A stretch of DNA of 64,000 nucleotides from assembly GCA_965279515.1 (NCBI GenBank), contig CBDIID010000003.1, forward strand, positions 1,312,001-1,376,000, in the 5' to 3' direction. The position numbers and the translations under genes are program-made. Below the pieces are notes generated by a model. The model saw only the letters and a list, made by a program, of their open reading frames with translations, searched no databases and was not told the DNA's origin. Position 1 is the stretch's first letter, and each line of letters starts with the position of its first letter. Origin of the DNA: Turneriella sp. (lineage in GTDB: Bacteria; Spirochaetota; Leptospiria; Turneriellales; Turneriellaceae). This document shows, in pieces, positions 18,500 through 28,280 of this stretch.

Positions 18500-19738
18500 A
18501 TGTCCGAATTCCAGTCCTTCAAATTCAGCGAAACGCTGGCTAAAAATATCGAGCGTGCCGGCTTTAAAGAGCCGACGCCGATCCAGAAAGAGGCAATCCC
18601 CCATGCGCTTGCGGGCCACGACATTCTTGGACTCGCACAAACCGGCACGGGAAAAACAGCCGCCTTCGTCTTGCCAACGTTACAGCGCCTGCAAGACGGT
18701 GCGCGCGGCCGCGTCCGTGCCCTCGTCATTGCACCGACGCGCGAACTCGCCGAACAAATCCACCAGGTTTTTGTCACTTTAGGCAAAGACCTCAAATTCA
18801 AATCGGTGACGATCTATGGCGGTGCGAGTATGAACCGCCAGTTGGGCGAACTGCGGCGCGGCGTTGACATTATCGTCGCCTGCCCGGGCCGGCTCATGGA
18901 TCATATGCAGAGAAAGACCGTCAATCTTGCGGCTGTCGACACGCTGATTCTCGATGAAGCTGACCAGATGTTCGATATGGGTTTTTTGCCGGCGATCAAA
19001 AAAATTGTCGCGCACCTTCCGGCCGACAGGCAGACCATGCTGTTCTCTGCAACCATGCCCGATGAGATCAGAAAACTTGCGGGTCAGGTGCTGAAAAATC
19101 CCGTGAAAGTTGAACTCGCCCGCGGCCCGGTCGCAACCATCAGCCATGCTCTATATCCCGTGAGCCAGGAGTCGAAGACCGCGCTGCTTATACACCTGCT
19201 CCAGGGCGCCGGCACGGACCCGATCCTCATTTTCACCAAGACAAAACATAAGGCGACACGGCTCGCCGAACAAGTCTCGAAAGCCGGATATACCACGGCG
19301 TCGCTGCAGGGCAACCTGTCGCAGAACAAACGCGACCGCGCACTCGCCGGCTTCAAATCAGGTCAGTTCCAGATTCTGGTGGCGACCGACATCGCCGCGC
19401 GCGGTATCGATGTGAATAATATTTCGCACATCATTAACTATGACGTGCCCGCCAACGGCGAAACCTATATCCACCGCATCGGCAGAACCGCGCGCGCCAC
19501 CAAAAGCGGCGAAGCGTATACGTTTATCACCGGTGAAGATAAAAAGCTGATCCGTGATATTGAAAAATCCCTGGGTAAACCCATCGAGAAGCGGATGGTC
19601 AAAGATTTCGATTATGGCAAAGCCGGCGCGGCATTAGCCGAACTCGCTGCGTCAAAGCCGGCGAGCCAGGACAACGCGCGCCCCAAAGCACAGGGCAAAC
19701 CCCGCCGACAGAGATTCGGCGGGCATGGCCGTCGTTAA
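18500..19738 (+). CDS. rhlE: DEAD-box ATP-dependent RNA helicase (RhlE-like)
   Basis: Q motif, AQTGTGKT, PTRELA, DEAD, SAT, ARGID, HRIGRTAR. Confidence 0.9.
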   Translation: MSEFQSFKFSETLAKNIERAGFKEPTPIQKEAIPHALAGHDILGLAQTGTGKTAAFVLPTLQRLQDGARGRVRALVIAPTRELAEQIHQVFVTLGKDLKFKSVTIYGGASMNRQLGELRRGVDIIVACPGRLMDHMQRKTVNLAAVDTLILDEADQMFDMGFLPAIKKIVAHLPADRQTMLFSATMPDEIRKLAGQVLKNPVKVELARGPVATISHALYPVSQESKTALLIHLLQGAGTDPILIFTKTKHKATRLAEQVSKAGYTTASLQGNLSQNKRDRALAGFKSGQFQILVATDIAARGIDVNNISHIINYDVPANGETYIHRIGRTARATKSGEAYTFITGEDKKLIRDIEKSLGKPIEKRMVKDFDYGKAGAALAELAASKPASQDNARPKAQGKPRRQRFGGHGRR

Positions 19739-20029
19739 CTATTGTTTCGCGACGATTTTGCTTTTGATACCTTCGTAGGCTGATTTAGAAAGAATCTTCT
19801 TCTTCACGAGGTCATCCTTGCCTTTGTAAGGGCGGCCTTGTACGATCTTTTTTGAAATCGCGGGGCCGATGCCTTTGAGCTTTTGCAGCTCCGCTTCGGA
19901 AGCTGAGTTGATGTCAACGAGGGCAGGCGCTTCCGCTTTCTTTTTCGCCGCCGGCGCTTCGGCAGAAACAAAGGACACGTGCGCGCAAAAGGCGGCAACG
20001 ATCAGTAAAAACGCAAAAATTTTCTTCAT
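19739..20029 (-). CDS. ComEA-like helix-hairpin-helix DNA-binding protein
   Basis: Signal peptide; VDINSASEAELQKLKGIGPAISKKIV; AGGAG SD. Confidence 0.88.
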   Translation of the reverse strand: MKKIFAFLLIVAAFCAHVSFVSAEAPAAKKKAEAPALVDINSASEAELQKLKGIGPAISKKIVQGRPYKGKDDLVKKKILSKSAYEGIKSKIVAKQ

Positions 20030-20101
20030 AATACTCTCCTGAATCCAAAATGGATGCGACATAATATAGCTGCCGAACCGGGTTAAAAGAAGTTTTCTTT
20101 T

Positions 20102-21196
20102 TCAGACGTGGCGTTTCGGCGAGAAGCGCAGATAACGCTCCACCAGGCTGAGCTTTTTATCGGTATCGCGCCGCATCGGCGGCATGATGGTATCGGGCAC
20201 ACGGCTCATGGTATCGAGCGTACGCACAAAATCGCTCTTGAGATCGGAAATAATCCGGCGCGGCAACGCGAGCGGATTGCCCTTGTAGACCGTCTTGAGC
20301 AGCTTGCGCGCTTCGCCTTTATCGATGAGGCCGCGGCGCAGCAAATCTTCGGTCGAAGTCGTGAACTCATTCACACCGAAGTCATAGTTGCGTATCATGT
20401 CAGAAACGACACGGAAAAGGCCGGCGCGGTTGATGGCATCCATCTTATAGAGAATGACGGCCGTCTGGAAATAATTCTGCGTTGGCACAACTTTATCTGA
20501 CAACGTCGTGTGAAAATGCGCCGGTGTGCGCTGTTCGAGGTGGATAAAGATTCTCTGCACCGCATCGCGCGGCTTGTAGCCGCTGTCTTTGAGCCGTTTC
20601 AGGTTCTCGGCGATGAGTTCGAGTTCGTCGGGCGCGACCGCCCATTTTTTCAGTATCGTCAGTACTTCGTAGTGCTCGAGGTTGCCGGCAACGATATCAG
20701 CGTAGAGCGCATAAATCGTCGCATCATACTCCGAATCGTCGCCAAAAAGCAGCTCCTGCGCTTTGAGCGGAAACACGCTGCGGGCATAGATCAGCGCCGC
20801 GAGTTTAAATCCGATCTTATCGATAATCTTCTTAAACTGTAACTTTCTCACCGCCGAGCGCCAGTTCTTAAACAAAATGCCGTCGAACCCTACCCCATCG
20901 AGCCGCAGTTTTTCACTGACGACCTTGTGCATTCCCTCGGGGGATCCCGAGATAAAATAGATCGGCACCGGCGGCTGCGAATCTCCCGGTGACCTTCTCA
21001 GTTCACGCACCACAGCCGCAACGCCGGGAATATTTTTCTTTTCTTCGGCCTTTTCGAAAGGAATACGCACGAGCTTGCGTAACGATTCAAACCGGGTATC
21101 CAGGTATGTCTTATCGAGATCGAAGGTGCAGACTAAACCGTCGTATTTCGAATTGCTGCGCTTCAGGCCGTAGATTTTCTCCAGCGACTTCAGCAT
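20102..21196 (-). CDS. HAD-like phosphatase, App1/DUF2183-like
   Basis: FDLDKT (DxDxT), FISGSP, LFGDDSEYD HAD motifs. Confidence 0.65.
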   Translation of the reverse strand: MLKSLEKIYGLKRSNSKYDGLVCTFDLDKTYLDTRFESLRKLVRIPFEKAEEKKNIPGVAAVVRELRRSPGDSQPPVPIYFISGSPEGMHKVVSEKLRLDGVGFDGILFKNWRSAVRKLQFKKIIDKIGFKLAALIYARSVFPLKAQELLFGDDSEYDATIYALYADIVAGNLEHYEVLTILKKWAVAPDELELIAENLKRLKDSGYKPRDAVQRIFIHLEQRTPAHFHTTLSDKVVPTQNYFQTAVILYKMDAINRAGLFRVVSDMIRNYDFGVNEFTTSTEDLLRRGLIDKGEARKLLKTVYKGNPLALPRRIISDLKSDFVRTLDTMSRVPDTIMPPMRRDTDKKLSLVERYLRFSPKRHV

Positions 21197-21197
21197 A

Positions 21198-22184
21198 TTA
21201 TTTCACAAACAGGTGAATGAGATGATAAAACCCAAGCGCAAAAACAGCACTGATCGGAATCGTAATAATCCATGCCCAGAAAAGTTTTACGGTGATACCC
21301 CAGCGCACCGAACTGATGCGCTTGGCCAGCCCCACACCGATGATACTGCCGGTAATCGTATGCGTAGTACTCACGGGAATCCCCAGGGAACCTGTGGAAA
21401 ACAGCGTAAAAGCGCCGGCAGCCTCGGAGGCAACCCCTTCGAAAGCCGTGAGCTTGGTAATTTTAGAACCCATTGTCTTCACAATGCGCCAGCCGCCGAA
21501 CAGCGTGCCGGTACCGATCGCAACATAACATGCCACCACAACCCATTGGGGCAGCTGGCTGAGGTTCGTGATCTTTCCACTGACGAGCATCGCCGCACCG
21601 ATGATACCCATGACCTTCTGCGCATCGTTGCCGCCATGCCCGAGGGAAAAGGCGGCAGAAGACACAAGCTGAAGCCGCCTGAACCATTTTTCAGCGCGCA
21701 TCGGATGGACGTTTTTACAAATGTGCAGCATGATGATCGAATTCATGTATGAGACCAGCATACCGATAATCGGCGCGAGGAAAATAAACGCAATGATGGG
21801 CCAGATGGTTTTCATCTTCACGACGGCAAAACCACCGTGTGCGATGGCGCCCCCTGCAAAGCCACCGATCAGCGTATGCGACGAACTCGAGGGAATACCG
21901 AAATACCAGGTAATGAGGTTCCAGGTAATCGCGGCGAGAAGACCCGCCATAATCACATACATCGAAATCGCGCTAGTATCGACGGTCTTGGCGACCGTAT
22001 CGGCAACATGCAACTTGAAGATATAAAACGCGAGAAAGTTAAAAAATCCCGCCCAGAGCACCGCCTGCACCGGACTCAGCACCCGCGTAGAGACGACTGT
22101 CGCTATCGAATTCGCGGCGTCGTGAAAGCCGTTGATGAAGTCAAAGAACAGGGCTAGAATGATAACGACGACGAAGATATCCAT
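21198..22184 (-). CDS. pitA: PiT family inorganic phosphate transporter
   Basis: GFHDAANSIATVVS, GIPSSSSH, HGGNDAQK, GIPVSTTH. Confidence 0.93.
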   Translation of the reverse strand: MDIFVVVIILALFFDFINGFHDAANSIATVVSTRVLSPVQAVLWAGFFNFLAFYIFKLHVADTVAKTVDTSAISMYVIMAGLLAAITWNLITWYFGIPSSSSHTLIGGFAGGAIAHGGFAVVKMKTIWPIIAFIFLAPIIGMLVSYMNSIIMLHICKNVHPMRAEKWFRRLQLVSSAAFSLGHGGNDAQKVMGIIGAAMLVSGKITNLSQLPQWVVVACYVAIGTGTLFGGWRIVKTMGSKITKLTAFEGVASEAAGAFTLFSTGSLGIPVSTTHTITGSIIGVGLAKRISSVRWGITVKLFWAWIITIPISAVFALGFYHLIHLFVK

Positions 22185-22186
22185 GT

Positions 22187-22834
22187 TTATGAATATTTAA
22201 TAACGATACTTTCCATGACATCCGCGACGTCTTCGCAACTGTCGGTGGCCGTTTCGAGCACCGCGAGCAGTTCTTTCATCTTGATGAGTTCAATGGCATT
22301 CTTCTGCTTGAGGAACAGCTGCTCAATCGCCGAGTTAAAAATGCGGTCTGCGGCGTTTTCCAGACTGTGGATCTGGACCAGCAAATCGGTGATCTTGCTG
22401 CGCTGTTTGAGATCCATGAGCATTGGTGCGGCAGTTGCCAGTACGCTGATCTGGTCTTGCAGAACCTTCACGAGATCGACCGCGGCCGGCGGAAAAGAAG
22501 CGATATGGTACAGGCGCGTGCGGGCAGCGGCGCCCTGGATATTGTCGGCAATATCGTCGATCGAAGACGCCAAAGCATGCACATCTTCACGGTCGAAGGG
22601 AGTAATGAAGGTTTTTTCCAGCGCGACATAGACCGAATGTGTGATATCGTCGCCGATATTCTCCAAACGGTCTATTTCTTTAGAAAGACGTTCGCGTTCT
22701 TTTTTATTGCGCTCTGTCATCAGCTCATAGAGCGTATTACCCAATACAATCAGGTTATCGGTGTCTTGTTTGAAGAGCGGAGCAAAGGTACGGTCCCGGG
22801 GGGAGAGAAATTTGAATATGGTTGTGAGCGACAT
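22187..22834 (-). CDS. DUF47 (PhoU-like) phosphate transport regulator
   Basis: TFITPFDREDVHALASSIDDIAD, LETATDSCEDVAD; upstream of PiT. Confidence 0.92.
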   Translation of the reverse strand: MSLTTIFKFLSPRDRTFAPLFKQDTDNLIVLGNTLYELMTERNKKERERLSKEIDRLENIGDDITHSVYVALEKTFITPFDREDVHALASSIDDIADNIQGAAARTRLYHIASFPPAAVDLVKVLQDQISVLATAAPMLMDLKQRSKITDLLVQIHSLENAADRIFNSAIEQLFLKQKNAIELIKMKELLAVLETATDSCEDVADVMESIVIKYS

Positions 22835-22922
22835 TTTTGCCTCGGTAGACCTGAGCTAAGATAGCCGTGTTATGTAAAGTCGTTTGACGGCATGTTTTTA
22901 ACCCCTGTTTTTCCTGAAAGCC

Positions 22923-23519
22923 GTGGCACGTACTGCAAAAATTGAACGCAAAACCAGCGAAACCCAGATTAGCCTGGGCCTGAACCTGGACGGTAACGCC
23001 CGCATGACGGGTGAAAATCCCATTCCCTTTTTTGAACACATGCTGGGCCATATCGTAAAGTACAGCATGATCGATTTGGAGCTGAGTCTCAGGGGTGACA
23101 TCCAGATCGATTGCCACCACTCCGTCGAAGATACCGCGATCGTGTTCGGCCAGGCGCTCGTTCAGGCGCTCGGCAATAAAGCGGGGATCTTCCGCTATGG
23201 CTCATTCACGCTGCCGATGGACGAGGTTCTGACAACTGTGACCATTGACCTTTCCGGCCGGCCCTACTTCAGCTACCGCGGCGAAGCCTTAAAGCCAATG
23301 GGCAAGTTCGGCATCTATGACTCTGAACTCACGCTGGAATTTTTGCACAAACTTTCGATCCATGCCGCGATGAACCTGCACGTCCAGGTACACTATGGCG
23401 ATAACCGCCACCATATCCATGAGTCGATTTTTAAGGCGCTGGGTTTTGCGCTCAGGCAAGCCGTGGCAATCGACACGCGCCGTGCGAATGAAATTCCCTC
23501 GACGAAGGGCAGCCTTTGA
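22923..23519 (+). CDS. hisB: Imidazoleglycerol-phosphate dehydratase
   Basis: [37 protein letters not shown]. Confidence 0.96.
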   Translation: MARTAKIERKTSETQISLGLNLDGNARMTGENPIPFFEHMLGHIVKYSMIDLELSLRGDIQIDCHHSVEDTAIVFGQALVQALGNKAGIFRYGSFTLPMDEVLTTVTIDLSGRPYFSYRGEALKPMGKFGIYDSELTLEFLHKLSIHAAMNLHVQVHYGDNRHHIHESIFKALGFALRQAVAIDTRRANEIPSTKGSL

Positions 23520-23543
23520 CCGGGGCTACACGATGTAGCCTGG
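23520..23543. repeat. Short palindrome between hisB and hisH
   Basis: GGCTACA-cga-TGTAGCC containing GTAG, REP-like. Confidence 0.4.
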
Positions 23544-23571
23544 TAATGCGCGACCAAGGAGGGTCAGGCGC

Positions 23572-24192
23572 ATGACGCGGGCAAACATCGTTGAGCTCGA
23601 TTTTGGCATGGGCAATATACGCTCGCTGCAAAAGGCTTTTGAACACCTGGGTAAGAGTGTCACTGTGACGAGCGATCCCAAAGTTGCAGAGGCGGCCGAT
23701 GTGCTGCTGCTGCCCGGCGACGGCGCCTTCGCGCGCGCCATGGAAGAAATTCATGCCCGCGGCCTTTATGACGTCATACAGAACGCGCGCGAAAAAAAGA
23801 AAACAATCTTCGGCATCTGCATCGGCTTCCAGCTATTCTTTGAATCTTCCACCGAATTCAAAGACGCAGTGGGATTAAACTTTGTGAAAGGCGCCATCAC
23901 GAGGCTTGAAAAAAATACCGAAGCGCCCGCAATACCCCATATCGGCTGGACAACCACCGACTTTACCGCGGAAAGCCGGCTTGGCCGCGGTATAAATCCG
24001 CACAGCATGTTCTATTACGTACACAGCTATGCCTGCCGCGACAAACATGCGTATGCCGCGGCGACAACGTATTATGGCCAGACATTCACCTCTGTCATCG
24101 AACACGAAAACCTGTTCGCTGTGCAGTTCCATCCCGAGAAATCGCACACGGCCGGGCTGAATCTCATTCAAAACTTTCTGGACCTGTTATGA
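23572..24192 (+). CDS. hisH: Imidazole glycerol phosphate synthase glutaminase subunit
   Basis: GMGNIRS, LPGDG, GICIGFQ, PHIGW, YYVHSY, QFHPEKS. Confidence 0.95.
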   Translation: MTRANIVELDFGMGNIRSLQKAFEHLGKSVTVTSDPKVAEAADVLLLPGDGAFARAMEEIHARGLYDVIQNAREKKKTIFGICIGFQLFFESSTEFKDAVGLNFVKGAITRLEKNTEAPAIPHIGWTTTDFTAESRLGRGINPHSMFYYVHSYACRDKHAYAAATTYYGQTFTSVIEHENLFAVQFHPEKSHTAGLNLIQNFLDLL

Positions 24193-24926
24193 AACTGATA
24201 CCCGCACTCGATATTCTCGAAGGCAAGGTCGTGCGTCTCTCGCAGGGCGATTATAACAGCGCAAAAATCTACCACAACAAGCCTGTCGATCTCGCGTATT
24301 ATTTTGCCGACCACGGCGCCGAACGCCTGCACCTCGTCGATCTGAAGGGGTCTAAGGAAGGGAAAGTCTGCGAAGGCAAGCTCTTCACAGAGATCCGTCG
24401 CAGCGTGAATATTCCCTGCGAAGTGGGTGGCGGCATCCGCAGCATCGACGACTTCCACTACTATTTCGACGGCGGCTTTGAGGTCGGTAAGGATTTTGTC
24501 ATGGTGGGGTCCCTGCCCTTCGTCGACCGCGCAGCCTTCGATGCGATTGCCGCCGTTTTTACCGAATCGCTGCTCATGACGGTCGATGCCTGGGGCCGTG
24601 AAGTCAAACACTCGGGCTGGCTCAAAGATTCGGGTTACGATGTGGAGAAGCTGATCGCCGAGCTTTCCGAAAAGGGCATCCGCAATTTTCTCGTCACGCA
24701 GATCAAAAAAGATGGCATGCTCGAAGGGCCCGACCTCGAGCTCTACGATTTTCTCAGCGAACGTTTTCCGAAAATCAACCTCATTGCTTCAGGCGGCGTC
24801 AGCTCCATCGCAGATCTCGAGCAACTCGCAGAGCGCAAGCTCTACGGCGCCATTATCGGCCGCGCGTATTACGAAGGCAGAATCACCGCCGAAATGCTGC
24901 GGGCGTTTAGGCAAGGGAAATTCTAA
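24189..24926 (+). CDS. hisA: ProFAR isomerase
   Basis: LIPALDILEGKVVRLSQG, LHLVDL, VGGGIRS, DGMLEGPD, IASGGVSS. Confidence 0.95.
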   Translation: MKLIPALDILEGKVVRLSQGDYNSAKIYHNKPVDLAYYFADHGAERLHLVDLKGSKEGKVCEGKLFTEIRRSVNIPCEVGGGIRSIDDFHYYFDGGFEVGKDFVMVGSLPFVDRAAFDAIAAVFTESLLMTVDAWGREVKHSGWLKDSGYDVEKLIAELSEKGIRNFLVTQIKKDGMLEGPDLELYDFLSERFPKINLIASGGVSSIADLEQLAERKLYGAIIGRAYYEGRITAEMLRAFRQGKF

Positions 24927-24988
24927 AAAGCCAAAATCCAGAGCGCACGGGGCTTCGCTTGCGCGCATGACTTTTTAGAATTCCCCTT
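24913..24988. repeat. MITE-like element with 18-bp terminal inverted repeats
   Basis: AAGGGAAATTCTAAAAAG ... CTTTTTAGAATTCCCCTT (17/18 complementary) around 40 nt; left arm supplies the hisA stop codon. Confidence 0.55.
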
Positions 24989-25775
24989 AACCGAGCGTAA
25001 ACTTCAATTCGCGCATGTGCTGCAAAACATCGCGGTTGTAGCGCTCGTTAAAAATCACGTCAGCATAGGGCTTGTGCGTGAAGATTAACATTTCGCCGCC
25101 ATGCCACTCCAGCACCTGCTTCTTTTTATCGCGTATGCGCCCGTCGCTGAGTGCGCGTGAAATTTCGCGAGCGCCGTGCCCGTGCAGGTCGCGCAACAGG
25201 GCGCGGAAAAACGCCTCTTTCGCCGGATCATAAAATTTAAAGGCGCGGTGGAAAAGCAGCGCGTCGTGGAAATATTCCGGTAAATTGAAGCCGCCATAGG
25301 CATGTGTAGCGACGACGAGGTTGCGGAGAAAGACGTCGATACGGTTAAAGATGCCGAGACCGGGGACATCCTGCCCTGGAAACAACCCCCTTGCGCCGCC
25401 CTGCCCCTTCAGAATATGCCGCGATTGCAGCCAGTCGATAAAGAGCATCTTCGTCGCCGGCATCAGCGGATGGCGGTGCAACTTGAAGAAAGACAGCCTG
25501 AGGCGCATGTGGAGGATTTTTTCGCCTTTAAAAGTCAGGTAGAAGCGGTGATCGCGTTCGGTGAGAAATTCGATCTCTAACTTTACCGGATAATAGCCGC
25601 GGTTCTTCAGCTCAGACATGATCTGCGCACGCTCGAGTGCCTGCCAGAGCTGCTGTTCGTCATAGGTCGAAAGAAAGAGCTGCTTACCGCCCGAAGTAAA
25701 ATGTGTGGCGGCCGGCAATTCATCGGCGAAGTCGATCTCTTCGAGATCCTGAAAATCAAACCGCTTTTCGCTCAT
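24987..25775 (-). CDS. Hypothetical protein downstream of HDAC gene, possible GNAT-like domain
   Basis: 262-aa ORF with LFIDWLQ...FPGQDVPGLG...PEYFH pattern; function is inference. Confidence 0.7.
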   Translation of the reverse strand: MSEKRFDFQDLEEIDFADELPAATHFTSGGKQLFLSTYDEQQLWQALERAQIMSELKNRGYYPVKLEIEFLTERDHRFYLTFKGEKILHMRLRLSFFKLHRHPLMPATKMLFIDWLQSRHILKGQGGARGLFPGQDVPGLGIFNRIDVFLRNLVVATHAYGGFNLPEYFHDALLFHRAFKFYDPAKEAFFRALLRDLHGHGAREISRALSDGRIRDKKKQVLEWHGGEMLIFTHKPYADVIFNERYNRDVLQHMRELKFTLG

Positions 25776-25782
25776 TAAGGGC

Positions 25783-25910
25783 CCCGCAAAAGCCGCAAGG
25801 TCATAAGTTCATGAAATACAGAAAGCAGAAGGCAGGCGCTTCGCCGCTTTAGCAGCCGTTTGCGGCACCGCAAACGGCGAGGCCTTCTGCTTTCCAGCGG
25901 CTTTTGCGGG
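25783..25910. repeat. 128-bp nested inverted-repeat element (MITE-like or structured RNA)
   Basis: Three nested perfect stems: CCCGCAAAAGCCGC/GCGGCTTTTGCGGG, GAAAGCAGAAGGC/GCCTTCTGCTTTC, GCCGTTTGCGG/CCGCAAACGGC. Confidence 0.85.
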
Positions 25911-25917
25911 AACATAG

Positions 25918-26814
25918 CTAACCTTTTCCCTCACGACCGTGCAGAATGCGTATCGTCTGCGCATGGAGTTTCACCGTGTCGCCGATATTGCGCGCATAAC
26001 CGCCGGCAGGCACCGTCACGATCGGTACATCGGGCATAAAATTTTTGACGACGCGGTCGCGCTCGGCAATACCTGCGAACGTCAGTTCGAGGCCACCGAG
26101 CGCATCGTCCTTGTAGACATCGACGCCGGCGACATAAAAGATGATATCGGGAGCGAAGACCTCGCGCATAATTTCAAGGTTTTCTTTCAGTAACTTCAGG
26201 TATTCCGCATCACCGAGATGCGAAGGGAGATCGACGTCATGGCTCGAGCGCTCTTTGACCGGGTAGTTATCTTTCTCGTGCATCGAAAAGGTATAGACAT
26301 TCTCGTCATCCTGCAACAGCACCGCCGTACCATTGCCCTGGTGTACGTCGAGGTCAATCACCGCAACCTTGAGCCCCGGGTGCTTGAGGCGCAGCGAGCG
26401 TATCGCCACAACGACGTCGTTCAGAAAGCAGAAGCCTTCGGCATGGTCGGCAAACGAGTGGTGGAAACCACCTGAAAGATTTGAGGCAACGCCATGTTTC
26501 AGCGCCAGCTCTGCGGCAAGCACGGTGCCCTGGGCAGCAGCACGCACGGCTTCAACGATACGCGCGTCAATCGGCACCTCGGCGCGCATTGTTTTATCGG
26601 TTACCCGTGCGGCTAAAAAATCGTGGAGGTATTTTTTTGTGTGCACACGCGCGAGCGTCGCTTCGTCTGCAATTTCGGGCACATTCCACGTCCAGCGTTC
26701 ATGCTTCAGTTCGTCGTAAAGCATGCGGAACTTTGCCGCTGAAAGCACCTGGGTATAATCGGAAACATCGTAGAGCGGGGAATAGACCAGTTCACCGCCT
26801 TTTTTATTTGCCAC
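25918..26814 (-). CDS. Zn-dependent histone deacetylase family amidohydrolase
   Basis: GGFHHS, GFCFLND, DLDVHQGNG, GVD, GGY motifs. Confidence 0.94.
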   Translation of the reverse strand: MANKKGGELVYSPLYDVSDYTQVLSAAKFRMLYDELKHERWTWNVPEIADEATLARVHTKKYLHDFLAARVTDKTMRAEVPIDARIVEAVRAAAQGTVLAAELALKHGVASNLSGGFHHSFADHAEGFCFLNDVVVAIRSLRLKHPGLKVAVIDLDVHQGNGTAVLLQDDENVYTFSMHEKDNYPVKERSSHDVDLPSHLGDAEYLKLLKENLEIMREVFAPDIIFYVAGVDVYKDDALGGLELTFAGIAERDRVVKNFMPDVPIVTVPAGGYARNIGDTVKLHAQTIRILHGREGKG

Positions 26815-26820
26815 GGTGAT

Positions 26821-27141
26821 TTAGGGTTTGTTCCGGCAGAACTCGCGGAACTTTTCCGAACCAAACGAGGCGTCGACCGTGGTGATTTCGGGCATTTTGT
26901 AGGGGTGCTTATGCATGATATAGTCTTCGATCTTGTCGTAGTTCTCGCGTTTTGCCTTCATGATGATTTTGGTCTCTTCATCGAGGTTAATCTTGCCCTC
27001 CCACTGGTAGAGCAGCGTGGTCGCGGGAAAAAGTGTTCCGCTGGTAATGAGCCCGGATTCGAGCAGCCCGGTGACCAGTTCTTCCGCGGTTTCGGTATCA
27101 TTGATTGCCGAAAAGATGATAATTTCATTGCTTTGGGCCAT
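26821..27141 (-). CDS. cutA: CutA divalent-cation tolerance protein
   Basis: LYQWEGKI...EE...IIMK, HPYKMPEI. Confidence 0.88.
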   Translation of the reverse strand: MAQSNEIIIFSAINDTETAEELVTGLLESGLITSGTLFPATTLLYQWEGKINLDEETKIIMKAKRENYDKIEDYIMHKHPYKMPEITTVDASFGSEKFREFCRNKP

Positions 27142-27234
27142 TCAGCAGACAAAATCAGCCCGGTTTGCTGTAAAGCCTGATATCCCCGCCCCTAATTTAC
27201 TTGTAGGGGGGTTTTTGATGCAACCTTTGGCCCG

Positions 27235-28209
27235 GTGTCTTTGCGCATCTCAGTACCTGCAAGCACCGCGAACCTGGGCCCCGGTTTTGATATCTGGGGT
27301 ATTGCCCTCGATCTGCGCAATGAATTCATCTGCGACAAGGCCAAGCGTTCCGACGGGTCAATCCGCCTGAGCTTTTTTGCCGGCGAATCAAAGGCCGTCA
27401 CCAGCCAGTCACTGCCCAAAAAGGTAGAGCCGGATAACCTCTTTGTGAAGGCCTATGCCTACCTGATGAAAAAGGCGGGGCAGACACCGGTCGCCTGGGA
27501 CGTACAGATTATGGTGAACGTGCCCTTCAGCCGCGGCCTCGGCTCATCGAGCACGGCGATTCTCGCGGGGCTCACGCTGGCGAATGAAACTTTGCGCCGC
27601 GAACACCAGATGGCATACCGCATCGAACAAATTCTCGACTTTGCGCTGGAATTCGAACCGCATCCCGACAACATCACGGCTGCGCTCTACGGCGGCTGGA
27701 ACCTTTGCCTTCCAGCAGACCGGCCGCAAGAAGACGGCCCCTCGTATATGCACCTGCCGCTGCCCATACGCGCACCGGTTAAAATTGCCGGAGTGATTCC
27801 CGACCTGAAGCTCGAAACACGCGATTCGCGCCAACTGATTCCCGTGACCATTTCACGCGCCGACCTGACCTTCCAGACCTCGCGCGTCGCCGCGCTCGTG
27901 TCGCTACTCAGCCGCGAAAATCTCGGCGCGGCCGACGCCACGGCATTCCGCGCTGCGATGGAAGACCGCATGCACACGAGCCAACGCTCACACCTGATAC
28001 CCGGCATGTTTGAAATTTTTGAAGACTGGTACCGCGACGGCGCGCTGGGATGTTTCCTGTCGGGAGCCGGCTCGACCCTGCTCGCCTTCTGGCCACAGAC
28101 GGTGGACATCAACACCCTCGACCTGACCCGCCGGCTGCGAGAAAAGAAGATTGCAGCTGCGCAGCGCGAGTTCCAGATCGACCAGAACGGCCTTATGGTC
28201 CTCGCCTAA
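27235..28209 (+). CDS. thrB: Homoserine kinase
   Basis: VPASTANLGPGFD, PFSRGLGSSS, EPHPDNI, LSGAGST. Confidence 0.95.
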   Translation: MSLRISVPASTANLGPGFDIWGIALDLRNEFICDKAKRSDGSIRLSFFAGESKAVTSQSLPKKVEPDNLFVKAYAYLMKKAGQTPVAWDVQIMVNVPFSRGLGSSSTAILAGLTLANETLRREHQMAYRIEQILDFALEFEPHPDNITAALYGGWNLCLPADRPQEDGPSYMHLPLPIRAPVKIAGVIPDLKLETRDSRQLIPVTISRADLTFQTSRVAALVSLLSRENLGAADATAFRAAMEDRMHTSQRSHLIPGMFEIFEDWYRDGALGCFLSGAGSTLLAFWPQTVDINTLDLTRRLREKKIAAAQREFQIDQNGLMVLA

Positions 28210-28246
28210 GCCGGCTATCCTCACCCGCGGTGCCTGCGGATTTGGC

Positions 28247-28275
28247 TTGAGCACTTTCAGTTTTTCACCGATAAT
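28247..28275 (+). promoter_or_regulatory. Sigma70-like promoter giving a probable leaderless transcript
   Basis: TTGAGC-N17-GATAAT, 5 nt before ATG 28281, no SD. Confidence 0.5.
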
Positions 28276-28280
28276 TTAAC

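Noticed and set aside
22923..24926. Missing hisF after hisBHA as a pathway gap
   Set aside because: Split his operons are common; absence cannot be judged from one window
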